From positions 2,152,623-2,216,622 of the forward strand of contig NW_003314274.1 of assembly GCF_000143415.4 (NCBI RefSeq): a DNA stretch of 64,000 nucleotides, in the 5' to 3' direction. This DNA comes from Selaginella moellendorffii. Lineage: Eukaryota > Plantae > Lycopodiophyta. Below, one piece after another: positions 61,701-64,000 of this stretch. A program made the position numbers and the translations under genes. The notes beneath the pieces were generated by a model. It searched no databases. It was given only the letters and a program-made list of their open reading frames with translations, and was not told the DNA's origin. Position 1 is the first letter of the stretch. The number at the start of each line of letters is the position of its first letter.

Positions 61701-62504
61701 CATCAGGATAACTGGTTTGATATCCTTCCCCTTGCTGAGTTCTCCTATAACAACTCTGTTCACTCCTCTCTTCGAGTTTCCCCCTTCTTTGTGAACTCTG
61801 GCCGAAATCCCCGATTCAATCTCTCACTTCCTTCTCCATCTGAATCCTCTCGTTCAAATCCCCGCTCTGAGGCATTTATCTCCAACCTCCAGGAAATCCA
61901 CAACTCCATCTCCTTCCACCTCCATCGTGCTCAGGAATTTCATAAAACATTTGCCAATGTCCATCGTCAGGATTGTCCCCCTTACAATATCGGGGATAAA
62001 GTCTGGCTCCTCAGGCGAAATATCTCCACCACCAGGCCCTGTCCAAAACTCGATTTCAAACACCTTGGTCCTTTCCCTATCACTGCCATCATTAATCCTG
62101 TCACTTATCGCCTTGCACTTCCCTCCTCATATCAAATTCACCCTGTTTTTCACTCCTCTCTCCTTGAGCCTTATATTCCCAGTCCTATTCCAAATCGGGT
62201 CATTCCTCCGCCTCCACCAGTGCAGCTCGAGGATGGGTCTGAGTACAAGGTTCAGGACATCCTTGATTCCAAGATTTCACGGTCTAAACTCTACTATTTG
62301 GTGGACTGGAAGGGTTACGGACCTGAGAAACGCACTTGGGAACCTGCAGACAACCTACTTCATTCTCCTGACCTTGTTCAAGACTTCCACCGTCGCTATC
62401 CTTCTCTTCCCAGTCCTCATTCTTTTTCTCCATCTCCCATCCCTCACCACTCATCTCATCCTCCTCTTCGTTCTCGTTCACATCCTCGTTCCACTTATTC
62501 TTGA
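58747..62504 (+). pseudogene. pol: Pol (PR, RT, RNase H, integrase, chromodomain) with nonsense and frameshift mutations
   Basis: LLDSGA; YLDD; ADASD; HHCC; GPF; YLVDWKGY..TWEP. Stops at 59197, 60646 and ~60745; frameshift ~61357. Confidence 0.92.
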
Positions 62505-62515
62505 GGAGGGGGTGC

Positions 62516-62902
62516 TGTTAGGAATCCCCCAATTCTTGCCACATTCCTGACTCTCACCGGATTCCTGACCTGCAGACCACATTCCTGACTCTCAAGACAC
62601 TTCCCTATTCCTGACTCTCGAGACACTTTCCTATTCCTGACTCTCGAGAAACTTCCCGATTCCTGAGTCTCGAGCCACATTCCTGATGATGATGTGGCGC
62701 CTCCTCGACCTCAGCTATATTTAGGCCGTCCTCGATCCAAGAGTGGTGGAGCTTCATCAACCTATAGTATATATAGGTTAGCCTTGTTCCATTTCTCCAC
62801 AATCTGAATCAACGCCAGTCTAAGGCCTCTTCTTTGTTTCCACTAGCTTTTCTCTTTGTCTTTTTGCATTTTCCAATCTTGATCTTGTCAGAGGTCTTGA
62901 CA
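62516..62902 (+). repeat. 3' LTR
   Basis: TGTTAGG...CTTGACA followed by TSD GAAGG. Confidence 0.95.
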
Positions 62903-63039
62903 GAAGGGTCTAAAATTCCTATATCTCACATAGTTAAAAGCTATTATATCAAACTTTCTTCTATTGTTTTTTAGCATTAAATATATTTTTTAAAAAACTC
63001 ATAAAAGTTTCTTAATTGCACTTAAAATTTTCAATATAA

Positions 63040-63170
63040 ATTCTTCACAATGTGAGTGCATGGAATATGAAAATAGAATACATAAATGTGCATATTAATT
63101 ACCCCAAAAACCTAGCTTATATACAGGAACGAGTTGTCTAGATTGAAACTAATTTGATAGCTATCAAAAT
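63040..63170 (+). repeat. Dispersed repeat shared with ~8555-8670 (and weakly, inverted, with ~51610-51690)
   Basis: gagtg.atggaatatg.aaat.gaata...tattaatta.cccaaaaacct...gattgaaac.aat...gctatca in both. Confidence 0.7.
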
Positions 63171-64000
63171 CCCACTACCTTTAGTAAATAGGCCAAGATC
63201 TAGAGGAACATCAAAAGGAGCTATTAGTGAATCTATAGGCAGTGCTAGTTATTCTTGATCACTTTGTACAAATTGTTTTAGTCATTGTATATGCACAATT
63301 TGCCTATTGAATGTTATGCCAAACCTCAAAAACTTGCAATCCAACTTGCTACAACACCTAATATAGTCCCTTCCACTGAGCAAGAAGCCCTTTAAACAAA
63401 CCACGTACTGTAAGATTAGGAAAATGGACTAATACTAAGTCATCCACTTTATACTCTACAAGTGAATAATGATGGGAGTTATAGCATTGTTGTTGTATTA
63501 TAGCATTGCATCACTTGAATGCAAGCTAGGTGTTTGATAGACTCTACTCGGACCAAGGACTCATCAAATATTAATCCCAAGATCTATCATCAACAGATCA
63601 TGGCAATCACGAAAGTAAACTCAACTCCGTTGATAATATTGGATTATGACTACGTCATATCTTCAATTAATAGAAAGACTTATACAGTTTCTCAATCACA
63701 CGGTGATATCCCATATGCCACTTTGAATAGAAGAATTATAAAGATATGCATGAAGTTTCTCAAAACCTCAAATTATTACTAAACATTCTTTCTCTATTGT
63801 GGAGTAGTTCACCTCCGTTGGTTGTAATGGATAACTAATGTATGCAATGGGATGGTATTGACCAGGCACACTCAGGCATCAACACACTTCCAATACCAAT
63901 TGCATCAACACATCTCCAAAACCAATATTAAAAGCATCCAAGTGCAAAATGAAAGGTTAAGTACAGTTAGAATATGTCAAAATTATAAGAGTTGTCAATA

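Larger units (their letters stand above)
57317..62902 (+). mobile_element. Full-length Ty3/gypsy chromovirus (Tcn1/Tf1-like), inactivated
   Basis: 387-bp LTRs (57317-57703, 62516-62902), perfect TSD GAAGG, PPT GAGGAGGGGG 62503-62512, gag-PR-RT-RH-IN-chromodomain order. Confidence 0.97.

Overview
Eukaryotic land-plant genomic DNA. The very short introns (about 50-70 nt), tiny intergenic spacers and gene content fit the lycophyte Selaginella moellendorffii, which is an inference from the sequence. The window has three zones. (1) 1-~13 kb is AT-rich decayed transposon DNA. It holds a degenerate LTR element (LTR family A) whose interior appears to carry an antisense Helitron-like Rep/PIF1 remnant, fragments of a second LTR family (B), a 100-N gap and an anomalously AT-rich intronless secreted B-lectin ORF. 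(2) ~13.2-51.3 kb is an ultra-compact island of about 15 genes: EHD, NOP58, AsnRS, TAF6, golgin GC2, F-box/kelch, BUB3, nuclear-encoded mitochondrial-type RPS12, ALA2 flippase, SnRK2, SEC1/KEULE, rubredoxin-like, GLTP, a domesticated hAT-transposase gene with a uORF, and TrmH/SpoU. Several head-to-head pairs have start codons only about 70 bp apart. (3) ~51.5-64 kb is a transposon island. It contains a three-layer nest of solo LTRs (A inside B inside A, each with TG..CA ends and 5-bp TSDs) and a complete but mutated Ty3/gypsy chromovirus (Tcn1/Tf1-like). The chromovirus PBS is complementary to its own predicted transcript 5' end (self-priming), and the element is inserted in the loop of a palindrome. 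All coordinates and splice models were read by eye; no searches were run.
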